Origin: Thermoplasmatota archaeon
GTDB lineage: Archaea; Thermoplasmatota; Penumbrarchaeia; Penumbrarchaeales; Penumbrarchaeaceae
Length of the DNA stretch: 31,498 bases
Direction of reading: 5' to 3'
Assembly: GCA_030595585.1 (NCBI GenBank)
Contig: JAUVCY010000001.1
Coordinates: 1-31,498, forward strand
Shown: positions 1 through 7,712 of the stretch, piece after piece
How positions within the stretch are numbered: position 1 is the stretch's first letter
Layout: each line of letters opens with the position of its first letter
Notes under the pieces: generated by a model
Told to the model about the DNA's origin: nothing
Database searches by the model: none
What the model saw: the letters and a program-made list of their open reading frames with translations, nothing else
Translations under genes and position numbers: made by a program

Positions 1-1452
1 CAGATGTTCTCCCTCCTGCTCCGATGTAAAGGATGGTGTCGGGCCGTCATCGTTCTCGAGTACAACGTAGCCGTGGGAGGTACATTCCCAATCCCACTCC
101 GTTATCGTCCCGTCCGGATCCGTGCTCACGGAGCCGTCCAGATATACCACGTCTCCCAGGTCTGCTGTCTGGGCAGGGCCCGCATCTGCAACGGGAGGTA
201 CATTGGAGACCGTGGAACCACGTGTCACTATCCAGGCGTCAGCGCCTCCCTCCCAGGCACAGGCGGCGATGTCGAGGTTCCCATCCCCGTCCCAATCGCC
301 GAAGTTGGCGCCGTAGGCGGTTCCACCCACGACGAGCCTGTCGTCGCCTGTAAATATCTCCGTCCACCCTGTTGGAAGGTCGTTTATGAAGAGCTGGGCG
401 ATCTCGTCCCTGTCCCCTGATACTATCAGGTCAGGCTTTCCGTCGTTGTTAACATCTCCCAGTTCAACCTGGTCGTAATCGCCGCCCGTATCGGGGAGGC
501 CGGCGGATGCATCCGTGCAGGGGAACCCCTGAAGGTTGGTGGTTCCCTGGCCAAGCCAGGCCCTGATGCCCTCCGTCCGGGTGCCGTATACAACATCGTC
601 GTTCCCATCGCCGTCCAGGTCCTGTACCTTGACGCCGAAGCCGTTATCCGTCTCCTTGAAGTCCACCTGGTTCCAGTTCCTTCCGGTCATCTGTATGTAC
701 ATCATCACGTTGGTGGATCCCTGATAGGGTGTGGCGACCACGTCGAGAAGTCCGTCGTTGTTGAGGTCCCCTATCCCCACACCGCTCACCTCAAGATCTC
801 CCGAGATGACCAGTATCGGGCTTCTGTCATCCCAATTTGTGCCCGTGCCGTCCCCGAACCAGATCTTAACGCCACGGTATGTGGACGCGATAATATCGCC
901 GTGCCCGTCGCTGTCAAGGTCGTAAATCTCGGCCTCGTTCGATGAACCGATATAGGTGTCAGGAAGGGAGATCGTGTGGAGGAACTCGAAGTTCCCAGAG
1001 CCGTCCCCTGTGTAAATATCTATGCCGTTTTCTGCCGTATCGATATCGTACCACCTGCTGGGTTTGGGGGCGGCGATGTCCATCTCCCCGTCACCGTTGA
1101 TATCCCCAAGGCCTATCGCACCGTAGTATTCTCCCGAGCCGTCCCCGGGCAGGCCCGACCCGAACTCCATCCAGCGCCCAAGTGAGCTGTCGTACTCATA
1201 GGCCCTGATCCCCTCCACCCGAACCTGTGAATTGGCGAAGCCGGCGCCACCCATGAAGATCTCATCCAGTCCGTTGCGGTCGGAGTCGAACACCTCCACC
1301 GTGCTGAAGGAAGCAGTTTCCTGGGGAAGGCCGTCCGATATCTGGATGCGCCCCGTGACCGCGTCCTCTCCACCCGCCTCCGGAACGGGGAAGAAAAGCA
1401 ACATGAGAAGGATCGAAGCAAACACCATGGACCTACCGGGAATTCTCATCAT
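1..1452 (-). CDS. FG-GAP repeat (7-bladed beta-propeller) surface protein followed by a PKD domain; 3'-truncated by window edge
   Basis: Hand translation from ATG 1452 (AGGTG SD upstream), open to base 1; absent from ORF track because it has no stop. Signal peptide MMRIPGRSMVFASILLMLLFFPVPEA, seven Ca-loop repeats (DSDRNGLDE, GDINGDGEMD, DLDSDGHGD, GDLNNDGLLD, DLDGDGNDD, GDVNNDGKPD, GDWDGDGNLD), then PKD signature NVPPVADAGPAQTADLGDVVYLDGSVSTDPDGTITEWDW. Confidence 0.9.
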   Translation of the reverse strand, partial: MMRIPGRSMVFASILLMLLFFPVPEAGGEDAVTGRIQISDGLPQETASFSTVEVFDSDRNGLDEIFMGGAGFANSQVRVEGIRAYEYDSSLGRWMEFGSGLPGDGSGEYYGAIGLGDINGDGEMDIAAPKPSRWYDIDTAENGIDIYTGDGSGNFEFLHTISLPDTYIGSSNEAEIYDLDSDGHGDIIASTYRGVKIWFGDGTGTNWDDRSPILVISGDLEVSGVGIGDLNNDGLLDVVATPYQGSTNVMMYIQMTGRNWNQVDFKETDNGFGVKVQDLDGDGNDDVVYGTRTEGIRAWLGQGTTNLQGFPCTDASAGLPDTGGDYDQVELGDVNNDGKPDLIVSGDRDEIAQLFINDLPTGWTEIFTGDDRLVVGGTAYGANFGDWDGDGNLDIAACAWEGGADAWIVTRGSTVSNVPPVADAGPAQTADLGDVVYLDGSVSTDPDGTITEWDWECTSHGYVVLENDDGPTPSFTSEQEGEHL

Positions 1453-1644
1453 TTAGACACCTGCGGGCTCAACATACATGGAAACGGAAATGTGTATTTA
1501 ATCGTATTTGACGTTTAATCCAAATCCCTCCATCATCAAGGCACTATCCAATTCCAGTCGATCGGAGACCATACCACCTCACGGTGTTTGCAGAAGGATT
1601 TATAGTGAAGAAATAACTAATGGCATGATAAGCGGGTGAATATC

Positions 1645-2562
1645 ATGTTGACCGAAAAGGATGTTAAGGTGCCTCTGGACGTTCCCAAGGAGATGAGAAA
1701 GGAGTACATCAAGAACTATCTCAAGGCCACCCATAACACGGGGAAGCTAATGCTCTTCGCCGGGGACCAGAAGGTGGAGCACCTGAACGGTGATTTCTAC
1801 GGGGAAGGGATCCATCAGGACGATGAGGACCCGGAGCACCTGTTCAGGATAGCCAAGAGGGGCAAGATCGGTGTTTTCGCCACCCAGCTGGGACTCATCT
1901 CCAGGTATGGGATGGATTACAGAAAGGTCCCCTATCTGGTGAAGGTCAACTCCAAGACCAATCTGGTAAAGGCCTCGCACGCCGATCCGTTCTCCACGGA
2001 GTGGTACGACCTCGAGCAGGTCTATGAGATGAAGATGGAGCACAACGTCAACATTCTGGGCGTTGGTTACACGATCTACATCGGCTCGGACGACGAGGAT
2101 CAGATGCTTCAGCAGGCCGCCCAGCTCATCCACAACGCACACAGGTACGGACTTCTCACAGTGCTCTGGATATACCCCAGGGGCAAGTCAGTGGAGGATG
2201 AGACGAACCCCCATCTAATAGCGGGAGCCTGCGGGGTTGCCGCATGCCTTGGGTCGGACTTCGTGAAGGTCAATTATCCAAAGGCGGAGGGGAAGGAGCA
2301 ACCCGAGGTGTTCAAGGAGGCCGTGGCCGCAGCCGGAAGGACCGGTGTGGTCTGCGCCGGCGGGTCGTCCACGGACGTGAGGTCGTTCCTGCAGAGGCTC
2401 CACGATCAGATCTTCATATCGGGTGCGGTGGGCAATGCCACGGGCAGGAACATACATCAGAAGTCCCTGGATGAGGCTGTAAGGATGTGTGACGCCATCT
2501 CCGCGATAACGATCGGCAACAGGTCCGTTGACCAGGCATTGACCATCTACAAGGGCAATTGA
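1645..2562 (+). CDS. fba: Class I fructose-bisphosphate aldolase, DhnA/archaeal family
   Basis: Motifs LMLFAGDQKVEH, LWIYPRG, Schiff-base Lys in ADFVKVNYP-like SDFVKVNYP, CAGGS, GNATGRNIHQ. Start placed at ATG 1645, 5 nt after GGTGA (ORF track starts at GTG 1636). Exact substrate not provable from sequence. Confidence 0.85.
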   Translation: MLTEKDVKVPLDVPKEMRKEYIKNYLKATHNTGKLMLFAGDQKVEHLNGDFYGEGIHQDDEDPEHLFRIAKRGKIGVFATQLGLISRYGMDYRKVPYLVKVNSKTNLVKASHADPFSTEWYDLEQVYEMKMEHNVNILGVGYTIYIGSDDEDQMLQQAAQLIHNAHRYGLLTVLWIYPRGKSVEDETNPHLIAGACGVAACLGSDFVKVNYPKAEGKEQPEVFKEAVAAAGRTGVVCAGGSSTDVRSFLQRLHDQIFISGAVGNATGRNIHQKSLDEAVRMCDAISAITIGNRSVDQALTIYKGN

Positions 2563-2605
2563 TATCTTTTCCGATATATGTAAAAAATAGATAGAGGTGA
2601 TATCT

Positions 2606-2986
2606 TTGGCAGAAGGAACATTTGCTACGGTGATCAACTGTATGGATGGAAGAACGCAGCTTCCCCTGATCGAATGGGCGAAGGATCAGTTCGGTGTCGA
2701 TCACGTGGATATGATCACGGAACCGGGGCCTGACGGCATACTGGCCAACGGGCCGGAGGAGCTTATCAGGTCGATCAGGGACCGCGTCCTGATCTCCGTG
2801 GAGAAACACGGCTCCGGCAACGTCGTACTGGTATCCCATCATGATTGTGCGGGCAACCCCGTGTCAAAGGAGGAGCATATGGACCATCTATCCAGATCCA
2901 TGGACCTCCTTCGATCGTGGAAAATGAACGCCACGCTTTTCGGCGTATGGGTGGGAGACGACTGGAAGGTCGTCCGGATATCCTGA
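2606..2986 (+). CDS. Putative beta-class-like carbonic anhydrase
   Basis: Zn-ligand pattern INCMDGR (CxDxR) and SHHDCAG (HxxC). TTG start 5 nt after GAGGTGA SD. Confidence 0.75.
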   Translation: MAEGTFATVINCMDGRTQLPLIEWAKDQFGVDHVDMITEPGPDGILANGPEELIRSIRDRVLISVEKHGSGNVVLVSHHDCAGNPVSKEEHMDHLSRSMDLLRSWKMNATLFGVWVGDDWKVVRIS

Positions 2987-3094
2987 TCATAGTTGATATT
3001 TAACACTGTTTGGATCGCCTCTCCAATTTGTGGGGACATATTATTAAGTGATCAGGCGATGCCATGTCCAGTAGATAATTGGAGTTCGATCATT

Positions 3095-3589
3095 ATGGAT
3101 ATTCAGGGCTTTTCCGTACAGGAGCTGTTGACGGCCGGATACAAGGCGGAGATCGAGAGCGAGAGGATATACAACGACCTCTCCCAGATGGTCAAGAACA
3201 ACTACCTGAAGTATAGACTTGAGTTCCTGGCAAAGGAGGAGAGGATGCATCAGGCGTTCATCAAGGAGCTGTACGCAAGGGAGTTCCCGGAAACGGAGAT
3301 AGATATCAAGGCGGATACCCCGGTACCACTCCCCGAGGTCAAGGTAGAAGAAGGTGAGACCCTCATCAGCGAGATATTCGATCAGGTGATGGCTGCGGAG
3401 AAGGCAGCATCGGAATTCTACCTGGGACTTGCCGATATGTACGAGCACGACTCGGCCCTGGACAGCAAGCTCAGGTACCTCTCCAATATGGAGATGGGTC
3501 ACTACAAACTGATAGAGGCGGAGAGGGATTACCTAAAAAATGACGAAGATTACGACGTCTACTGGCCCATGATGCACACGGGCCTTTAG
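3095..3589 (+). CDS. Ferritin-like (rubrerythrin-type di-iron four-helix bundle) protein without rubredoxin domain
   Basis: KAEIESERIY...EERMH and AAEKAASEFY...EMGH: two ExxH motifs each preceded by a conserved Glu. Start moved to ATG 3095 (ORF track 2993). Confidence 0.85.
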   Translation: MDIQGFSVQELLTAGYKAEIESERIYNDLSQMVKNNYLKYRLEFLAKEERMHQAFIKELYAREFPETEIDIKADTPVPLPEVKVEEGETLISEIFDQVMAAEKAASEFYLGLADMYEHDSALDSKLRYLSNMEMGHYKLIEAERDYLKNDEDYDVYWPMMHTGL

Positions 3590-3641
3590 GCCATCCCAAA
3601 TCAGATAACTTCGTACGTTCATCCACCGGCCCGGTGAACAT

Positions 3642-3983
3642 ATGGACGGTAAAGGACACATGCAGGTCATCGATACCGAGGCACTGGATCGAAACACCCC
3701 GGAGAAATGGACCAACTTCACCCTCTTGAAGGTGAACGATTCACTTGTGAGGATGGGTATATTCGAAGGTGAGTTCCACTGGCATCACCACGATCTGGAG
3801 GATGAGTTCTTCTTCGTGGTGACCGGAAAGCTCCTGCTGGACCTGGAGGATGAGACCATAGAGCTCCTGCCCCATCAGGGTTTCACGGTGCCCAGGGGAG
3901 TGGAGCACAGGACCAGGGCAGAGGAGAGGACCGTCGTACTGATGGTCGAGGGGAACACGGTCAAACCACGGGGGGATCCCTGA
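3642..3983 (+). CDS. Cupin domain protein
   Basis: Cupin motifs GEFHWHHHDLEDEFFFVVTG and GFTVPRGVEH; GGTGA SD at 3633. Confidence 0.9.
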   Translation: MDGKGHMQVIDTEALDRNTPEKWTNFTLLKVNDSLVRMGIFEGEFHWHHHDLEDEFFFVVTGKLLLDLEDETIELLPHQGFTVPRGVEHRTRAEERTVVLMVEGNTVKPRGDP

Positions 3984-3996
3984 ACGATCCATAGGG

Positions 3997-4010
3997 TTTT
4001 TTCACTTTCT
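3997..4010 (+). terminator. Oligo-T archaeal terminator candidate after cupin gene
   Basis: TTTTTTCACTTTCT begins 14 nt after the stop codon. Confidence 0.45.
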
Positions 4011-4260
4011 CGGCCCCCTCCTCACTGTTTAAATAATCGATCAGGCAATGTTTACCATCAGACGGGATGGAAGATAATATTTTTCACCTGATTCATCACG
4101 CATTCAACCTTTCTTCTGATACTCCCGTCATGATGGAGGGGCAGTCCTGTACGCAGGTGTATGTTCCCTCCATCACTCATTATAATATATCTCCTGGGAA
4201 GTTGATAGAATGCAGCATCTCGAACAAACGTGATCTATTTCGGGATCGTAGTGCATGAGG

Positions 4261-4590
4261 TCAATAGCCGAACCTCTTTTCATAATTCTTATGAGACATC
4301 CATTCCAGAACGATTGCAACGATGATGATCTCATCCCTTGCAACGGAATACAATAATCTCCAACCAGTAGGCAGATCATATTTCCATAGATTATCTATGC
4401 CATATTCGTTGATATATTTCTTGGGGATCAATTTTTTTTGGATCTGTATCCCGCAGAAACAATCTTGGGCAATATCATCGAAGGCTTTATTCAACCACAT
4501 ATGTAGTTTTTTCTCATCGCTTCTGGAATCCTCAAGTTCCTTGTATGTTTCAAGGAGCTTGGGGTCGGCGAATACAACCCTGGCTTTCAT
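4261..4590 (-). CDS. RelE/ParE-fold-like small protein, putative type II toxin
   Basis: 109 aa, basic. C-terminal NLWKYDLPTGWRLLYSVARDEIIIVAIVLEWMSHKNY resembles the RelE beta-sheet pattern (xRxGxYRxxYxxxxxxxxxxxxxxHR). AGGTG SD overlaps the upstream stop. Low GC. Confidence 0.65.
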   Translation of the reverse strand: MKARVVFADPKLLETYKELEDSRSDEKKLHMWLNKAFDDIAQDCFCGIQIQKKLIPKKYINEYGIDNLWKYDLPTGWRLLYSVARDEIIIVAIVLEWMSHKNYEKRFGY

Positions 4591-4601
4591 GCAACGCACA
4601 C

Positions 4602-4865
4602 CTATCTGATGGATAGGCTTTCATCCGATAAATATCTCTTGACAAGGTCCGGGTTCCATATCCAGCATATATTCCCTTCACGGTCCCTGGCTATCTTTCC
4701 GGATTCTTCAAGATAATCGAAGACAACGCAATAGGTCTGATACATCATCTTCCTGGGGAGGTCCGTCCATAATGATTTCTTACCAAATTCACCGGAGTGT
4801 TCGCGAATGTGCCTCTCGACCATGAGGACCGTATCCAATCTGGGATAATGAATCACTTTCTGCAT
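4602..4865 (-). CDS. Small winged-HTH-like protein, putative antitoxin/regulator
   Basis: 87 aa from ATG 4865 (GGTGG SD; the ORF-track extension to 4976 crosses the promoter). YPRLDTVLMVE...KKSLWTDL...YQTYCVVFDYLEESGKI..DREGNICWIWNP fits helix-helix-recognition helix-wing. Confidence 0.65.
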   Translation of the reverse strand: MQKVIHYPRLDTVLMVERHIREHSGEFGKKSLWTDLPRKMMYQTYCVVFDYLEESGKIARDREGNICWIWNPDLVKRYLSDESLSIR

Positions 4866-4880
4866 GCTTCCACCAATGGG

Positions 4881-4902
4881 AGTTATATAATAATATATAA
4901 CT
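4881..4902. promoter_or_regulatory. Perfect 9-bp inverted repeat AGTTATATA-ATAA-TATATAACT overlapping the TATA box; candidate operator
   Basis: Read directly from the sequence; lies 16-37 nt upstream of the wHTH gene ATG. Confidence 0.6.
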
Positions 4903-4969
4903 ACATGGATAAAACCTTTTCTATCAGACCAACGGAAATCGAATAATAGTATCGTGAGAATACTCCAAT

Positions 4970-5419
4970 ATGGCACACCTTGAGGTCCGCCACATCGACA
5001 ACCCCGCCGAGCTGGACGACGTGTTCCGGATCCGCCACATCGTCTTCGTGGAAGGACAGGACGTCCCCCCGGACAGGGAGTGGGACGGGCTGGACGAGGA
5101 CGCGGAGCATATCATAGCCTTATCAGACGGCGTCCCCGCCGGCTGCGCCAGGATAAGATTTCCCGGCGGCAAGGCCAAAATTGAGAGGCTGGCAGTTTTA
5201 CCACAATACGAGGAGAGAGGCGTGGGCTCGGCCGTAATGGAGTACCTTGTGGAATACGCCTGGAAGAGGGGCGTCGATGAGATATACCTTCATGCTCAAC
5301 TCACCACCCTCGAGTTCTATTCGAGATTCGGCTTCTCACCGCGGGGAGAGGTGTTCGACGACGCCAACATCGACCACAGAGAGATGTTCCTAATTAAAGA
5401 CAGACAAAACGTTCATTAA
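4970..5419 (+). CDS. GNAT family N-acetyltransferase (ElaA/YjcF-like)
   Basis: IRHIVFVEGQ, KIERLAVLPQYEERGVG (acetyl-CoA motif A), LHAQ...EFYSRFGF...GEVFDDANIDH. Confidence 0.92.
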   Translation: MAHLEVRHIDNPAELDDVFRIRHIVFVEGQDVPPDREWDGLDEDAEHIIALSDGVPAGCARIRFPGGKAKIERLAVLPQYEERGVGSAVMEYLVEYAWKRGVDEIYLHAQLTTLEFYSRFGFSPRGEVFDDANIDHREMFLIKDRQNVH

Positions 5420-5460
5420 TCAAACGGCCATTCCTACTCGTGTAAAGTGAGGCGAATGAC

Positions 5461-5736
5461 ATGCAGCAGAGTGTGAGACCCACAGCGAGAAGAGCCCCTC
5501 CAAGGACAACCGGCGCAAAGGCACCACCATCGCCAACCAGAAGGCGAGTATCCACCCCGGCCAGAATATTCTATCTCCTCAGGTGGGGATACCATTTCGT
5601 AACGCCCGTGGGCATGGCGATCATCATATGGGGTATAGTGGAAGCCTCAAAAGGGAACCCGGATAAAGCCTGGCCGCTGATAGTTGGAGGAGGCATATTC
5701 ACGTACATGGCCAACTACTTCAACAAGTCGAGGTAG
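5461..5736 (+). CDS. Small hypothetical membrane protein (Pro/Arg-rich N-terminus, 2 TM helices)
   Basis: Fills the gap between GNAT and the permease-like gene; hydrophobic segments VTPVGMAIIIWGIV and AWPLIVGGGIFTYMA. Confidence 0.65.
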   Translation: MQQSVRPTARRAPPRTTGAKAPPSPTRRRVSTPARIFYLLRWGYHFVTPVGMAIIIWGIVEASKGNPDKAWPLIVGGGIFTYMANYFNKSR

Positions 5737-5758
5737 TTCCCATCGCGCATAAGGACCC

Positions 5759-5773
5759 CAAAAACGATTTAAC
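5759..5773 (+). promoter_or_regulatory. BRE-TATA promoter candidate (CAAAAACGATTTAAC)
   Basis: Purine-rich BRE plus TTTAAC about 25 nt before ATG 5798, consistent with a leaderless transcript. Confidence 0.45.
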
Positions 5774-5797
5774 CATGGCAAGCCGGTACCGTCATCC

Positions 5798-7252
5798 ATG
5801 GCGGGGCTTGTGAGGCTGTTTCTGCTGGAGGAGCTCAGGCTCCGTTCCTCGTTCTCATCAGCATTCTCGCTCCTTCTGTTCCCGCAGATGGTATTCCTGG
5901 GCGCCCTGGCAGGGTACGTCTTCGTCCCGGTCATAGCCTATTCCATCACCTACGAGAACCTCCATACGGCGATCATGACGGGGCTCTTCCTCTTCGGGAT
6001 ATCCATGGGCGGCCTCGCATTTCTGGGAAAGGATTTCATCGAACGGGCTCTGGGACCGGTGACCATGCTCGCGGCGTCGGTGATGTACCAGCCCGTGAGC
6101 CACAGGAGGATGTATATCTCATACTTCATCCACGACCTCATATTCTACATCCTCCTGGTCCTGATCCCCCTCTCGGCAGGCCTCGGCCTGGGAACGGTTG
6201 CAAGGGGAATGGACCCATGGAGGTACCTCCTGATATGCACTCACCAATGGTCCGCGTTCCTCATGGGCATCTCGCTCAGCCTCCTGGTCTCATCGGCCAT
6301 GGCACACAGGCGCAGGCCCATGCTCCTCATGATAGGGGTGGGTTTTATCCCGCTCATATCGTTACAGGTCTTTACGGGCAGGTTGGATGCCTTCGTCATC
6401 CCCCTGCTGGGCATTCTCGAGAACAGCTGGGCCTACCTCCCGTTGTCCCTTGGCGTGTCGCTGTTCTACATCGCTCTGGGCGTATTCATCTTCGACGGGG
6501 GCACCATGAACGTGACCACGGGAGCTGTGGGGTCGTATGTCTCAATTTACAGGAGATTGAACAATGTTATGACCCCGCTGAAAAGGGGCCTGTTCTCAAG
6601 GGAGGTGATCAATCTCATAAGGGGCAGGGGTTACATCAGGATCATATTCTCACTTGTCATACCCATGGCCGTGATACTGGCAATGGCGGGGATCATCGGA
6701 GGTATAGAGGGGGCCCCGATCCAGTTCAACATGGTGTTCTTCTCGGTGATGGTATCTTTTTTCACCGTATCGATCTACTCCAACCTGGTGAACATGGATT
6801 ACCTCGATTTCGACCAGACCCTTCCGATCACCACCCCTGCGATGATAAGGATGAAGCTGCTGGGACACGTGTTGATATCCACGCCCATATCGCTGGTTGT
6901 GGTGCTTGTCATTGCGGCCCTGCTGGGAGAGTGGAGCGGCATCCTCATCGGACTCCCGGTGATGCTCGTGTCCATTCCCTACATGGGCTTTGTCACAGCC
7001 TATCTGACCGGGCTCTGGACGAATTCCATGCTCTTTGATTCCACGGTGTTCATGAAATACCTGCTTTTCACGGTTCTCCCCCTGATGTCCGCAACGGTCC
7101 TCTCCTACCTTATGGAGAGCATGTTCTGGGTCTCGCTTGTGGGGCTTGCAGTGGTTGTCAGCGTGGAACTGGGAGCAATAATGCTGCTATCTCGTGGCAT
7201 TGAGAATAAGTGGAGCGATGCGAACCTCTCCAGCGGAAGCTTCAGGAGATGA
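5798..7252 (+). CDS. Multi-pass membrane protein (about 12 TM), ABC-2/exporter permease-like
   Basis: 484 aa with two halves of about 6 hydrophobic helices separated by a polar loop with 'LFSREVINLIR', a pattern typical of duplicated ABC-2 permeases. Family assignment is tentative. Confidence 0.6.
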   Translation: MAGLVRLFLLEELRLRSSFSSAFSLLLFPQMVFLGALAGYVFVPVIAYSITYENLHTAIMTGLFLFGISMGGLAFLGKDFIERALGPVTMLAASVMYQPVSHRRMYISYFIHDLIFYILLVLIPLSAGLGLGTVARGMDPWRYLLICTHQWSAFLMGISLSLLVSSAMAHRRRPMLLMIGVGFIPLISLQVFTGRLDAFVIPLLGILENSWAYLPLSLGVSLFYIALGVFIFDGGTMNVTTGAVGSYVSIYRRLNNVMTPLKRGLFSREVINLIRGRGYIRIIFSLVIPMAVILAMAGIIGGIEGAPIQFNMVFFSVMVSFFTVSIYSNLVNMDYLDFDQTLPITTPAMIRMKLLGHVLISTPISLVVVLVIAALLGEWSGILIGLPVMLVSIPYMGFVTAYLTGLWTNSMLFDSTVFMKYLLFTVLPLMSATVLSYLMESMFWVSLVGLAVVVSVELGAIMLLSRGIENKWSDANLSSGSFRR

Positions 7253-7255
7253 GGA

Positions 7256-7420
7256 TCAGTGGTTCTTGGCCCAGGTGTAGTTCCTGAGCTTGGCCGTGTC
7301 TCCATATCCGCAGGAGGCGCACTTGCTCTTCCTGATATGATAGGCGTGCTTTCCGCATCTTCTGCATCTGAAGTGGGTCTGTTTCTGTTTCTTTCCCATG
7401 GATGGAGTGCCCTTTGACAT
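7256..7420 (-). CDS. rpl37e: 50S ribosomal protein L37e
   Basis: Hand translation [54 protein letters not shown] (54 aa, CxxC...CxxC zinc ribbon); directly downstream of Lsm, a conserved archaeal arrangement. Below the ORF-track length cutoff. Confidence 0.98.
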   Translation of the reverse strand: MSKGTPSMGKKQKQTHFRCRRCGKHAYHIRKSKCASCGYGDTAKLRNYTWAKNH

Positions 7421-7432
7421 CTTTGCACCTCC

Positions 7433-7651
7433 CTAAGGTGATATGTATACTACGTTGTCCCCGCGAACGATGGTGATATCTGCCTGGCTCACCACCTCGC
7501 CGTCCACAAGCTCCTCGGCTCCCTTCAGGACGAGGTTCATGTGGATATCAAAACCGTCCAGGGTTCCGCGGAACTCCCTGCCCGCCCTGAGTTCAACTAT
7601 TACCCTGTTCTGGAGGGAGTTGTTGAGCGCCTGAAGGGGTTTGATAGACAT
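7433..7651 (-). CDS. Sm-like (Lsm/SmAP) RNA-binding protein
   Basis: Sm1 motif [14 protein letters not shown] and Sm2 motif [12 protein letters not shown]; start ATG 7651. Confidence 0.96.
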   Translation of the reverse strand: MSIKPLQALNNSLQNRVIVELRAGREFRGTLDGFDIHMNLVLKGAEELVDGEVVSQADITIVRGDNVVYISP

Positions 7652-7712
7652 ATCAGTTCCTCGATTGCAGCCATACATCACCCTTTGTTATTTAAGGATT
7701 GTGCATATGCGT

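Noticed and set aside
3540-3589. Ferritin C-terminal peptide (WPMMHTGL) as an encapsulin cargo-loading signal
   Set aside because: It does not match the known LxIGSL/LTVGSL-type consensus, and no encapsulin gene is nearby.
4067-4258. 63-aa ORF in the AT-rich spacer downstream of the RelE-like gene
   Set aside because: No recognisable motif or SD, and atypical composition; treated as non-coding, possibly a decayed part of the cassette.
4057-4929. ATCAGAC at 4057-4063 and 4923-4929 as a target-site duplication bounding the low-GC cassette
   Set aside because: A 7-bp match is expected by chance over about 1 kb, and no integrase or transposase is present.
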